Shown piece after piece: positions 38,060 to 51,175 of a DNA stretch of 64,000 nt; the first letter of the stretch is position 1, and every line of letters begins with the position of its first letter. The DNA is from Chiloscyllium plagiosum (Eukaryota): assembly GCF_004010195.1 (NCBI RefSeq), contig NC_057718.1, positions 58,309,704-58,373,703 on the forward strand, given 5' to 3'. The notes beneath the pieces are model-generated. The model saw nothing but the letters and a program-made list of their open reading frames with translations. It did not search any database and was not told where the DNA came from. A program made the position numbers and the translations under genes.

Positions 38060-40657
38060 GTCATAGAGTCATAGAGATGTACAGCATGGAAACAGATCTT
38101 TCTGTTGACCAGATAAACCAACCTAATCTAGTCCCACCTGCCAGCACCCGGCCCTTATCCCTCCAAACCCTTCCTATTCATATACCCGTCCAAATGCCTT
38201 TTAAATGTTGCAATTGCACCAGCCTCCACCACTTCCTCTGGCAGCTCATTCCATACACATACCACCCTCTGCGTGAAACACTAGCCACTAAGTTCCTTTT
38301 TATATCTTTTCCCTCTCAACCTAAACCTATGCCCTCTAGTTCTGAACTCCCTGCCCCAAGGAAAATACTTTGTCGATTTATCCTATGCATCCCCCTCATA
38401 ATTTTGTAAACCTCTATAAGGTCACCCCTCAGCCTCTGACGCTCCAGGGAAAACAGCCCCAGCCTGTTCAGCCTCTCCCTATAGCTCAAGTCCTCCAACC
38501 CTGGCAACATCCTTGTAAATCTTTTTTGAACCCTTTCAGGTTTCACAACATCTTTCCGATAGGAAAAAGACCAGAATTGCACGCAATATTCCAACAGTGG
38601 CCTAACCAATGTCCTGTACAGCTGCAACATGACCTCCCAACTCCTGTACTCAATACTCCGGCCAATAAAAGAAAGCATACCAAACGCCTTCTTCACTATC
38701 CTATCTATCTGCGACTCCACTTTCAAGGAGCTATGAACCTGCACTCCAAGGTCTCTTTGTTCAGCAACACTCCCAAAGGACCTTACCATTAAGTGTATAA
38801 GTCCTGCTAAGATTTGCTTTCCCAACATGCAGNNNNNNNNNNNNNNNNNNNNNNNNNNNNNNNNNNNNNNNNNNNNNNNNNNNNNNNNNNNNNNNNNNNN
38901 NNNNNNNNNNNNNNNNNNNNNNNNNNNNNNNNNNNNNNNNNNNNNNNNNNNNNNNNNNNNNNNNNNNNNNNNNNNNNNNNNNNNNNNNNNNNNNNNNNNN
39001 NNNNNNNNNNNNNNNNNNNNNNNNNNNNNNNNNNNNNNNNNNNNNNNNNNNNNNNNNNNNNNNNNNNNNNNNNNNNNNNNNNNNNNNNNNNNNNNNNNNN
39101 NNNNNNNNNNNNNNNNNNNNNNNNNNNNNNNNNNNNNNNNNNNNNNNNNNNNNNNNNNNNNNNNNNNNNNNNNNNNNNNNNNNNNNNNNNNNNTTCAAAA
39201 AACTCAATCAAGTTTGTGAGACATGATTTCCCACGCACAAAGCCATGTTGACTATCCCTAATCAGTCCTTGTCTTTCGAAATACATGTACATCCTGTCCC
39301 TCAGGATTCCCTCCAACAACGTGCCCACCGCCGACGTCAAGCTCACCAGTCTATAGTTCCCTGGCTTGTCCTTACTCCCCTTCTTGAAGAGTGGCACCAG
39401 GTTAGCCAACCTCCAGTCTTCTGGCACCTCACCTGTGACTATCGATGATACAAATATCTCAGCAAGAGGCCTAGCAATCACTTCTCTAGCTTCCCACAGA
39501 GTTCTAGGATACACCTGATCAGGTCCTGGGGATTTACCAGCCTTTATGCGTTTCAAGACATCCAGCACTTCCTCCTCTGTAATATGGACATTTTGCAAGG
39601 TGTCACCATCTATTTTGCTATTTTCTGTATTGTCCATATCCATTTCCACAGTAAATAACGATGCAAAATACTCGTTTACTTTCTCTCCCATTTTCTGCAG
39701 CTCCACACAAAGGCCTAGTTATCCTTTTGTCCTTAATGTATTTGTAAAAACCTTTTGGATTCTATTTGCCAAAGCTATCATGTCCCCTTTTTTCCCTCCT
39801 GATTTCCCTCTTAAGTATACTCCTATTGCCTTTATATTCTAAGGATTCACTTGATCTATCCAGTCTATACCTTACTTTTGCTTCCTTCTTTTTCTTAACC
39901 AAACCCTCAATTTCTTTAGTCATCCAGCATTCCCTATACCTTCCAGCCTTTCCTTTCACCCTAATGAGAATCTCTGGATTCTCATTATCTCATTTCTGAA
40001 GGCTTTCCATTTTCCAGCCTTCTCTTTACTTGCGAACATCTGCCCCCAATCAGCTTTTGAAAGGTCTTGCTTAATACCATCAAAATTGGTCTTTCTCCAA
40101 TTTAGAACTTCAACTTTTATATCTGGTCTATCCTTTTCCATCACTATTTTAAATCTAATAGAATTATGGTCGCTAGCCTCAAAGTGCTCACCCACTGACA
40201 CCTCAGTCACCTGCCCTGCCTTATTTCCCAAGAGTGGGTCAAGTTTTGCACCTTCTCTAGTAGGTACATCCACATGCTGAATCAGAAAAGTGTCTTATAC
40301 ACACTTAACAAATTCCTCTCCATCTAAACCCTTAACACAATGGCAGTCCCAGTCTATGTTTGGAAATTTAAAATCCCCTACCATAACCACCCTATTATTC
40401 TTACAAATAGCCTGAAATCTCCTTACAAGTTTGTTTCTCAATTTCCCTCTGACTATTAGGGGTCTATAATACAATCCCAATAAGGTGATCATCCCTTTCT
40501 TATTTCTCAATTCCATCCAAATAACTTCCCTGGATATATTTCCAGGAATTATCCTCCCTCAGCACAGCTGTAATGCTACCCCTGATCAAAAACGCCAGCT
40601 CCCCTCCTCTCTTGCCTCCCTTTCTATCCTTCCTGTAGCATTTGTATCCTGGAATAT
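38060..40657 (-). mobile_element. 5'-truncated CR1 family A inserted inside the PLE RT
   Basis: ORF2 motifs very similar to 10698-13060; intact 3' tail (ctctatga)n. Confidence 0.93.
38833..39193. other. Assembly gap (N run)
   Basis: Ns. Confidence 1.
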
Positions 40658-41365
40658 TAAGCTGAACTTAAGGTTGGGTTGGAATGTGTTTGTGAAGTTG
40701 ATGGATTGTTCAACCTCCTCATGGGAGCACGAGTTGGCACCGATACAGTCATCAGTGTAGTGGAGGAAAAGGTGGGGGATGGTGCTGGTGTAGCTGCGGA
40801 AAATGGACTGTTCCACGTACCCGACAAACTAGCAGGCATAGCTGGGGACCATGCGGGTGCCCGTGGCTACCCAATTGGTCCGGAGAAAGTGGGAAGATTT
40901 AAAGGATAAATTATTGATGACGAGGACCAGTTCAGCCAAATAAATGAGTGTGTCAGTGGAAGGGTACTGGTTGGATTGATGGGAGAGGAAGAAACAGAGG
41001 GCTTGGAATCCTTTGTGATGTCAGACAGATGTGTATAGGGACTGGATTTCCACGGTGAAAATGAGCCACTAGGGGCTGGGGATATGAAAGTCATGGAGGA
41101 GGTGGAGGGAACGGGCGGTGTCGCAAATGTAGGTGGGGAGTTCCTGGACCAGGGGGGAATAGGATGGTGTCAAGGTATGTAAAGATGAGTTCGGTGGAGC
41201 AGGAGCAGGCTTAGATGATTGGTCGACCGGGGCAGTCAGGTTTGTGAATATTGGGTAAGAGGTAGAACCAGGTGATGTGGGGTTCCCAGATGATGAGATT
41301 GTAGGCTGTTTCACCAGTTTCCTCATTTCCCCTCCCCCATATCCAGCCTTCCAACTTGGCACGCC

Positions 41366-41501
41366 NNNNNNNNNNNNNNNNNNNNNNNNNNNNNNNNNNN
41401 NNNNNNNNNNNNNNNNNNNNNNNNNNNNNNNNNNNNNNNNNNNNNNNNNNNNNNNNNNNNNNNNNNNNNNNNNNNNNNNNNNNNNNNNNNNNNNNNNNNN
41501 N
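41366..41501. other. Assembly gap (N run) at the PLE inversion junction
   Basis: Ns. Confidence 1.
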
Positions 41502-44500
41502 GACCCTTGGGCCCCCCACATTCCTGATGAAGAGCTTATGCTCGCTTCTCCTGTTCCTTGGACACTACCTGACTGACTGTGCTTTTCCAGCACCATACTC
41601 TTCGACTGATTACCTGTCCCTCCACCTATCTTTGCATCATCTACAAACTTCGCAAGAATGCCCTCAATTCCTTCGTTCACATTATTTATGTATAAGGTGG
41701 TCTTGATACTGGCTCCTCGGGATTCTACTAGTCACCAGCTGCCATCCTGGAAAATACCCCTTTATCCTCATTCTTTGCTTTCTGCCAGTTAGCCAATTCT
41801 GAATCCTTGCTAGTACTTTGTCACTCACATTATGGACTCTTATCCTATTTAGCTGCCTCCTGTGTGGGACCTTGTCAAAGGCCTTCTTGAAATCCAAGTA
41901 GATCACATTCACAGGCTCTCTTTTGCCTAAATGGCTCGTTACCTCTTCAAAGAATTTTTACAGACTTATCAGACAATAATCACACTTGACAAAGCCATTG
42001 TGGCTCAGCTCTATTTTACCATACATTTCTAAGTACTCCACATTCTCATTCTTAGTAACAGATTCCATTTTCCAGTCCTCTGGGACCCTCCCAGATTCCA
42101 GTGATTTCTGAAGGATCACCACCATAATCTCCTCAGCTACGTCATTCAGAACTCTGCAGTGCAGTCCATTCAGTTTGGGTGGTTTATCCACCTTCAAACG
42201 TCTCAGCTTCCCCAGCACCATTTCCTTAGTGATGGCCACAACACTCACCTCTGCCCCCTGTCTCTCTTGAATTTGTGGCATGTTGTTGGTATCTTCCACT
42301 ATGAAGACTGATAGAAAATATCCATTCAGTTCCTTTGTCATTTCCTTGTTTCTCATTATTACTTATCCAAACTAATTTTCCATTCTTGCCTCTCTCTTAC
42401 TCTTTATACTTCTAAAACAAAACTCTTGCAATCTTCTTTTATATTACAAGCTAGCTTATCCCCATATTTAATGTTTCTCCCCCTTGCGTTTTTCAGTTGA
42501 CCTCTACTGGTTTTTAAAACCTTCCCAAACCATTAACCTTCACCACATGGTCTGTGTTTTTTTTGCTTTCATGCTGTTCCTGACTTCCCCTGTCAGCCAC
42601 GATTGCCTCATCCTTCCCTTAATATGTTTCTTCTTTCTTGGGATGAATTCCTGCTGTGCCTCCTTAATTGCCCCCAGAAACTCCTGTCATTGTTGCTCCA
42701 CTGTCTTCTGTACCAGACTCCCCTTCCAATCAACTCTGACCAACTCCTCCCTCATCTCTTTGTAGTGACCTTTACTCAGTTGTACTACCATTATATCTGA
42801 TTTCAGCTTCTCCCTCTCAAACTGCAGGATAAGTTCTATCATATTATGCTCACTTTTCTAAGGGGTTCCTTCACCTTTTGCCTCATTACACATCATCAAA
42901 TCCAGAACAGCCATTCCTTAGTGGGGTCTACCACAAGCTGTTCTAAGACAGGTACGTCATAGACATTCCACAAATTTACTCTTTTGGCATCAGCTACCAA
43001 CCTGATTTTCTCAGTCTACCTTCATATTGAAGTCCCCCATGATTAATGCAATCGTGTCTTTCTGACATGTCATTTCTATTTCCTGAAATATTTTCTTCCC
43101 CACATCCTGGCTACTGCTGGGAGACCTGTATGTAATACCCATCAGGGTCATTTTCCTTGTGGTTCCTCAACTCTACTCTCAGATTCTGTGCTTTCTAACC
43201 CTATATTCCTTCTTACTATTGATTTTATTTCCTTACTTTCTAAAAAGGTAAAGCCGCTCCTTCTGCCCATCTGTCTGTCCTTTTGATAGGAGGTATCCTT
43301 GGATATTTAGTTGCCAGCTCTGATTCCCATGCAGCCACGTTTCTGTGATGCCCACAATATTGTAATTGCCAATTTCAACTTGCACTATTTACTTTGTTTT
43401 ATGTACTGCATATGTTTAGATACAACACTCTCAGAACTGCGTTGACTGTCTCCTTCTCAGAGTTGCCCCTTATCTCCTTTCCATACTCTTTGCCGTATCA
43501 CTTGTTCTGGAATGGTTAATAACCTCTACTGAGCCCCCTCTCCCTTGAATTAGTTTAAAGTGCTTGTGACCATTCTATTTAGCCTTTCCCCCCTAGGATC
43601 CTGGTTCCAGATCTGTTCAGGTGAAACCCACCCAATTATGCATTTTCCATTCCAATATTGATGCCAGCGCCCCATGAAATGGAACCTCGCTTTCCCATAC
43701 CACTCCTTTAGCTACACGTTTGCTTCCCTAGTTTTCTTATCTCTAAGTCTATTTGCACATGGCTTGGGTAATACTCCAGAGATTATATCTATTAAGGTCC
43801 TGTACTTCTTCTATGAGTCCTAATTCCTGATATTCCTAAACATAACTCGTTGCCTACTGTCACCTATTTTGTTGGTCCCAGTATGGACCACAACAACTGG
43901 ACCCTTCTCCTGTCACTTCAATATCCTTACAAGCCAATTGAGATATCCCTTGCCTTGGCTCCAGGCAGGCAACACACCATGTGAGACTCTTGATCCTGCT
44001 TACAAAGGCTGCTATCCATACTCTTAATTATAGAATCCCTAACCACTGCCCCTTTTCTTTTAGCTTTCCCTGCTTGAATAGTTTTCTGTATCATGGTGCA
44101 GTGGTCAGCCTGACCATCCTCCCTAAGTCATTTTCCTCATCCACACAGGGAGGAATTATCTCATACTTGTTGGTCAAGGTCAAGAGCTGAGCATCCTCCA
44201 GTGCGAAATTCAGGATCCCTCTACCTTCCTCAATTGTAGCCATATTCTCTTGCCCCTGCCCACTGGCCATATTTGAATTTCTTTAACATCCAGGGTGTGA
44301 TTGCTTCCTGAACACAGCATCCAGCCCACTTTCTTGCTCCCTGATGTGTTGCACTATTGAAGCTCAGATACTGGCTCATAAACTCTGAGTGGTGTTCCTT
44401 GAGCAACCGGTATTTGCTCCAGATGTGGTCACTATGAACCATAATAGGGTCTGCCAGCTCCCACATCATCAGGTCCAACATATCCCCTGGCTCTACACTT

Positions 44501-45149
44501 CCTAATTATTTAAATAGTTTTTAATTTGGACTGTTAAATTTCCTACAGGCCTTTAAAGTTAAATTGGAGAAATATTTAATAGATTAAAAATTAATCTGAA
44601 AGCAACTTAGAATGTAAATTCAAATTCCAATGAAATTACAGCTTTTCTTGTGATATCACTTTTGTCCCCCACTGTTTCTAATCCCCCAGTCTCCTCCACC
44701 GCTGGCTCCTTCACCTCTCTCCCCCTCTCTCTTTGTCTCCAAGCTCCCATGTAATCTCAGCCTTGATTTTTATTTCCTGCACAGTTTCAGTGTCCTCCCC
44801 ACTGGCTCCTCTTTCCCCTTCCCCCCAAATTCCCTCAGAACTTACTTGGATATTAAATAACAGAAGTACTCAGCAGTGAGAACAAAGGAGGGACTGATCA
44901 CCTCCTCTCTGTTTCACCAAACTCTGCCTCCATTAATTCATCTTCAAACTCCTCCTGGTAGAGTCTGGAAGCTTGTTTTGGCTCCTGACCTGAATTCACT
45001 TTAATGGGTTTCACTTTTCTGACACTCTAATTAAATTTCCCTTATCTTTGAAAATTCCACACTATGTTATTGTAAAGTTTGACTCAGAATCAAAACATGG
45101 GCATTTCTCAATAATTTAATAATCTGTTTTTAATATTTGATATGCATGC

Positions 45150-45520
45150 TGTTAGACCATATTACATAGGAGAAGCAATTAGGCCACTTAGCCCATCGAG
45201 TCTGCTCTGCTTTCAATCGTGGCTTATAAGTTTCTCAACCCCATTCACCTCTTTCTCCCTGTAACCCTCCATCCATTTGACAATCAAGAACCTATCTATC
45301 TCCGTCTTAAATATACTCAATGGTAGCGAGTTTTGAGAAGATTTGTAGCTCAGGTTGAGGTTCCGGATGTAGGTTTGCTCACATGTACATGAACCTTCCA
45401 GCTCAGCGAGCAAACCTACATCCAGATACTCCATGATCTGGCCTCCAAAGCCTATTGTGGCTGAAGATGTTTCTCCTTATCTTTGTTCTAAAAAGGTCTT
45501 TCCTGTACTCTAATACTGTA
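45150..45520 (-). mobile_element. CR1 family B 3' end fragment
   Basis: IFKTEIDRFL plus 3'UTR like 36285 and 59365. Confidence 0.8.
45323..45425. mobile_element. 103-bp fold-back PLE (family D) remnant
   Basis: Arms ggatgtaggtttgct / agcaaacctacatcc; TSD atactcaatg / atactccatg. Confidence 0.8.
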
Positions 45521-47297
45521 TAGCTTCTGATGAGATTTAAGGTTTATTAACAAGGTTAATATCAATAACAATAACGTAATGCCTTGCTTTCAATCCCATT
45601 ATCTGAATTTTCTAGTTTAAATAAAATATGCATTTATTCCAAAATTTTTCATTAAAATTGAGCAGAAATTGTTCAGCCTGAAGGAATAAAAGTGCATCTC
45701 CATTTTTTTGTCATGTATTTAGATAGCTCATCATAGTGATTACTGAAAAGAAAGGGCATAGCACCAGTTTAACTTGACAAACTGGAGTAATACTATGTGT
45801 AACCACAAAATGATACTCTTATGATCTACAGTGCCAGAGAGGGTAACTCTGAGCTAAATAAGATTCGTGAAAATGTCAAATAGTAGGTGAATATGGCATA
45901 GCAGTGAGCTTGTGACATACATGCTCAGTAGTATAGTGATAGGATAAATGAGAGGTTCACAGGAGGCAAGATATCTTTGAGGAAATTCTTTTGAAACCCT
46001 GTTGGAAATGCTTCATTCCATCTCATTTTACAGCCATCATGTTCAAACCTTTTTCTCTAACCTTTACTCAAGATATTATCAGCTTATGAATGTCTGACAA
46101 ACATGCAATTTACTTAATTAATCCACAGCTGAAATTTAGACCAGTTACAAAGAACAGCATGGTTTTACATCAATTGCTGTCTCATGTGTATCAGAAATCT
46201 ATGTGATCTAGTGCAGAGAATAGTAGCAACAAATGCTTATTTCTTTACTCGTCTCATTATGTTATCATCTCTAATTTTATTGGCATATGTTTTTTGAATT
46301 TCCATTATCCAGTTGCCATACACTATCATAAGTAGAAATTCATAAATGTTAAATCTGATAAGTGAGCTTGGAGGCTTTGTAATTAGTGATTATTTGAATC
46401 TGCTTTGTTTTATATAAATTACATGTTTGTAAAGTCATAGCTAACAACTTATGATTGCTATACTGATTAAAAGCAGAATTTTCTGTAGCTCAGTTTTGTC
46501 AGAAAATCTCTATGTTGCTTTGATACAAGATACTAATAATCAACTGTGCTCTGGTGAAACAGCCAACGTCTGGTACTACATAAGGAAATTTCACCTTCAC
46601 AAAATCCCCAGAACAATTCAGGGTTTAAATCTTGTGGGTAAAATTAATTGTAGAAATACTTGTCACTTCGTAGAACACTTCTCTCCATTATTTTAGTGGA
46701 ATTCGATATGAAAATGTGGGGTAATAATTTTACTGAGATGTAATAATTTCTATTGCAATAGCTCGTAGTCTATTGATACAACTTAAATTGTTAGGGATTA
46801 TTAATGTTTGTTAAAAATGAATTCTTTGATTTAACCAATAGAACTACATCATAACACTTTATTTTTTAATGAAATACAGATATAAATATATAAAAGATTT
46901 AAAATAAAAGCTCTATTAACTTAACAGTACAGTTCATAACTATGTATGTTATGCATTCATTTTTATTAGTTGTTTTCCATAAGAATGTATTTATAAAACA
47001 CACCAATCCTAAAGTTATTTATTTCTGTTGGGACCACCCATAAGTATGCAGCAGTCCTCTGGAGAATTCTGCTCAGCTCCAGCTTGGCTCGATAAAACTT
47101 TAAATTGCCCGTGACTGTAGATTTCTCAGCCCATGTTTTAGTTACTTCACAATACCTGCAAGCTAATCTGTTTTCTTTTCCTATATTTATCACAAGACTC
47201 CACAGAGAACCAATGTAATTCTTCCACTAGATTCAACTGTGGATTCTTCCAGTTGCTGTTTCTTCACAAAATTAGGGCAAAAATTTACCTAGTGAGT

Positions 47298-48243
47298 ATT
47301 GAGAAGATTTGTAGCTCAGGTTAAGGTTCTGGATATAAGTTTGGCTGAGCTGGAAGGTTCGTTTTCAGATGTTTCATCACCATACTAGGTCACATCATCA
47401 GTGAGCCTCTGGTAAAGCACTGGTGGTATGGCCTGCTTTTTACTTATGTGTCACATAAATCACATAAATTATAGCACATAAATAAAAAGCGGGCCATACC
47501 ACCAGTGTTTCACTGGAGGCTCACTGAAGATTGTTGTGGTTCTGTTCACCGAGCTGGGAATTTGTGTTGCAGATCTTTCGTCCCCTGTCTAGGTGACATC
47601 CTCAGAGCTGGGAGCCTCCTGTGAAGCACTTCTGTGATGTTTTCTCCGGCATTTATAGTGATTTGTATCTGCCGCTTCCGGTTGTCAGTTCCAGCTGTCC
47701 GCTGCAGTGGCCGGTATATTGGGTCCAGGTCGATGTGCTTATTGATTGAATCTGTGGATGAGTGCCATGCCTCTAGGAATTCCCTGGCTGTAATAAGTAC
47801 TTAGTAGCCACACAAGCAACATGAGTTCGACTGGGACAACACTACTATTATAGGACAAGCCAAACAGAGAACAGCCAGGAAATTCCTAGAGGCATGGCAC
47901 TCATCCACAGATTCAATCAATAAACACATCGACCTGGACCCAATATACCGACCACAACAACGGACAGCTGGAACTGACAACCGAAGCAGCAGATTCAAAC
48001 CACTATAAATGCTGGAGGAAACATCACAGAAGCGCTTCACAGGAGGCTCCCAAGCACTGAGGATGTCACCTAGACAGGGGACGAAACATCTGCAACACAA
48101 ATTCCCAGCTTGGCGAACAGAACCACAACATCGAGCACCCGAGCTACAAATCTTCTCCCAAACTTTGCTCACTGATGATATTACCTAGTATGATGATGAA
48201 ACGTCCAGAAATGAACCTTCCAGCTCAGCAAGCAAACTTACAT
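47298..48243. mobile_element. Fold-back PLE family D (outer palindrome) with hammerheads at 47365-47404 (-) and 48169-48208 (+)
   Basis: 47335-47450 is inverted relative to 47476-47531 joined to 48180-48243. Confidence 0.85.
47532..48166. mobile_element. Fold-back PLE family E (inner palindrome) with GIY-YIG C-terminus and hammerheads at 47569-47608 (-) and 48054-48093 (+)
   Basis: About 260-bp inverted arms; HEFDWDNTTIIGQAKQRTARKFLEAWHS..INKHIDLDPIY; TSD gctcactgaWgat at 47519 and 48167. Confidence 0.9.
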
Positions 48244-48639
48244 TCTTAAGATTATACCTCCTCTACCTTCCACAAGGTGAATGATGATAATGCTTTATAC
48301 TACTAACAGCACTGGTCTACTGAAGTATTATTTACTTCGGCTATTTTTTGCCTGTGATTTGCAAACTACATGAGGTACAAACTGGAACTAACTCTCCTAA
48401 TAAACACCCAATTAAATTTCAATCAGTGAGCTTTCCTAAAGTCTATCCATCTCTGTGACCATGTAGCCTGCAATGGGATGTCCTCCAACAAACAGTTTAA
48501 TCATTCCTAATTTGACATTTTTTTTAGTGTGATGAAGTAAGTGGGTTTAAGTCCTTATAGAATGCTTTTTGACCCAATTTAGTTCTAATTGCCAGAGCAA
48601 AAAAAACATATCTGCCACTGTCCTTGCAAGCATGCCAGA

Positions 48640-48722
48640 CATCATGGGAGCCCTGGGTTCAAGGCCCACTTCTGCCGTGGTGTGTAATAACATTTCTGGG
48701 CTGATCGAACAGAAAGTATCTA
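48640..48722 (+). mobile_element. Short tRNA-derived SINE fragment
   Basis: gggttcaaggcccac..gtgtgtaataacatttctg, related to 19312. Confidence 0.5.
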
Positions 48723-48997
48723 TCAGGTATCACGTTTCCAACTCCAGCTGAGTCATACCACCTTGTTGTTTAATAATCATATCTTTCTCATTGTTAACCT
48801 TTTCACGCAACATGGTTTCAAACTCTTATGTGTCACAGACTCCAGGTTTGCTTTAATTGCATTTGTCCAACTTCCTACAGTTAAACTTTAATTCCTAAAC
48901 TGAAGATTATATTTAAATGTATGAACCATAAGTGAGATATTTGCAACAAATTTAGCTGATGAATGAAATTGCTGCTGATGGTGAACGATAAACTGTT

Positions 48998-49137
48998 AAT
49001 AAAAACAGAAAGAACTTCAGATGCTGTAAATTACAGACAAAAATAGAAACATCTGGAAAAAACTCAACAGGTCTGGCAGAATCAATGGAGAGAAATCATA
49101 ATTAACATTTTCAGTTGACTGACCCTTCCTCAAAACA
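48998..49137 (-). mobile_element. PLE family C terminal-repeat fragment with decayed hammerhead
   Basis: Similar to the 22878 and 31550 arms. Confidence 0.75.
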
Positions 49138-50007
49138 TCTTAATGCTAGTCTAATGTCCCACAAACATTATTGATTGCCTTTGAGATGGAGAAATGATTA
49201 TAGAGTGTCATAGTCACGTAGGAAGATAACTACATTCGGGAAACTTATTGTGATACAGATTTATATGAAACAAACAGACTTAAAGGACAAATAGCCTTTG
49301 ACTTATGTTTTCCTATGTACTCCTTTATATATCTCCATTTATAATCCTAATCCTTATTCAATGCATCCATTGACATGCTTCAATAAAGGATAGTCACTCT
49401 CCTGCTGACTTTCTCTAACCAATCTGGCCCTAAACCACTGAATGTGACCACCGAGGAAGCGTAATTGAAGAGTAACTGGAGCCTGCTTAATCAGAATCCT
49501 GCATTGTTCGATTGTAACTAGATCACTGCCAACAAATTCATCTTTAAACCAACGGGTCATGCCAGTCATACCATTCTGTTTCTTGATTGACATTTTAACA
49601 TTTCCAGATGATCTCAGGAGAATAAGAGCCCCTCTATTCTCTCAGCCAGTCTGCTTTTTGTTTTTATGTTATGTCTCACAGCTAGTATGCAGTATACTTT
49701 TAAGAAACATGCTGATATGATTTGGTCTCTGACTTCATGTTAACTGGATTCTCTTGCAGTTGGAATTGTATTGCTGGATGTAACCAAATTGCTATCAGCC
49801 CAACCACAGAAGTGACTGTGACTATATACCAAGAGTTGTAATAAACATTTATTGAGTTTTTCAGTACTAGGCTACACACATCTAGTTCTTATATTCTAGA
49901 AGCTAACATTGTAATTGCTTCAATCGGGTACAAATATCCTTCTAGAGGTAAACACCTATATAATAGAGGCAGATCAGTTTTAGTGTCTAGGCGCCAAATA
50001 AAGGGCA

Positions 50008-50322
50008 GATTAGATTCCCTACAGTATGGAAACAGGCCCTTCGGCCCAAACAGTCCACACCGACCCTCCGAAGGGTAACCCACGCAGACCCATTTCCCCT
50101 CTGACTAATGCACCTAACACTATGGGCAATTTAGCATTGTCAATTCACCTGACTTGCACATCTTTGGACTGTAGAAGGAAACCGGAGCACCCAGAGGAAA
50201 CCCACACAGACACGGGGAGAATGCGCAAACTCCACACAGACAGTCGCCCGAGGCTGGAATCGAACCTGGGACCCTGATGCTGTGAGGCAGCAGTGCTAAC
50301 CACTGAGCCACCGTGCTGCCCC
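50008..50322 (-). mobile_element. HE1-type V-SINE
   Basis: Reverse complement of the 29698 copy type. Confidence 0.93.
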
Positions 50323-50479
50323 CAGTGGCCACTCATTGCTTGCTATGTAATTTGTACCAATCACTTTGTTTTAAAAGTGGATTGAACAAACAGAATCGCT
50401 CCAGTGCAGGAGATCATGCAGTCTATCGTAATTGGAACATCGCTCTGATCATGTTGAGTTACTGCCAAAATCCTGCCTT

Positions 50480-51060
50480 TTTTCTGCAAGCTTGCACATT
50501 ATTTCTATTCAAATGATGCCCCCTTGAATTCCTTAATTAGAATAGAAATCTATTGTCACATGTATTTTACATGAAAAACAGAGTGTAAAGTTTTATAAGC
50601 TGCCCCAATATTGTACTTAATTGAATCTGCATCCATTGTGTTCTCAGGTACTGTATTCCAGACCCGAATGACTTAATGAAAAAAAAACTCACCTCCCATT
50701 TTTACCTTTTGCAAAACACTTTAAATCTGTGCCCTCTACTTCTCAATCCTTTCCAAGTAGGAACAGTTCTTCCTTCATATTCTGTCAGACCATTCATGAC
50801 TTTGAAAACTTCTTTTATATCTCCTTTTTAGCCTTCTTCAAATCCAAAGAAAAGATGACAAATGTCTCCAATCTATCTTCATAGTTGAAGTTTCTTATTT
50901 TGGAACCATTCTTGTGAACCTTTTCTCTATTGCATTTACATCCTTCCTAAAGTGTGGCACCCAGAACTGTACTCAGGCTGAGGTCTAATTAGTTTCTTAT
51001 ATAAGTACAGTTTGACTTCCCAACTGTTGGCCCCAAGCTTCAATTAATGCATTTTAGAAT
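50480..51060 (-). mobile_element. Degenerate CR1 3' fragment
   Basis: EYSSGCHTLG (gagtacagttctgggtgccacac) and following RT C-terminal sequence. Confidence 0.65.
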
Positions 51061-51082
51061 AATGATTGCTTAATTAATACCT

Positions 51083-51175
51083 CTCTGATGAAGGGCTTAT
51101 GCCTAAAACGTCGACTCCCCTGCTCCTCGGATGCTGCCTGACCTTCTGTGCTTTTCCAGTGCCACACTTTGACTT
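51083..51175 (+). mobile_element. PLE family A terminal-repeat fragment starting at the hammerhead core
   Basis: CTGATGA-A-GGGC(TTAT)GCCT-aAAA-CGTCGA. Confidence 0.8.

Larger units (their letters stand above)
37139..41608 (-). mobile_element. Penelope-like element (RT plus GIY-YIG) with inverted terminal repeat at its 5' end
   Basis: DIYYKPTDSHSYL, FLHYTDDCIG, IHKPDCPGRPII; TSD attacctgtYcctcc at 37124 and 41609; hammerhead cores at 37234-37269 (-) and 41520-41544 (+, GAAA lost). Confidence 0.88.
36285..44900 (-). mobile_element. Near full-length older CR1 (family B), interrupted by a PLE at 37139-41608
   Basis: 3' end 36285-37138; AKFVDDAKIGG (41620-41680); YLDFKKAFDKVPH; endonuclease ~43000; ORF1 esterase (VVVHTGTN) ~43600-44050. 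Confidence 0.88.

Noticed and set aside
38761..41706. Long ORFs containing X runs
   Set aside because: Artefacts of translating through assembly gaps
46966..47193. ORF in unique sequence as an exon
   Set aside because: No recognisable protein and no convincing flanking splice sites
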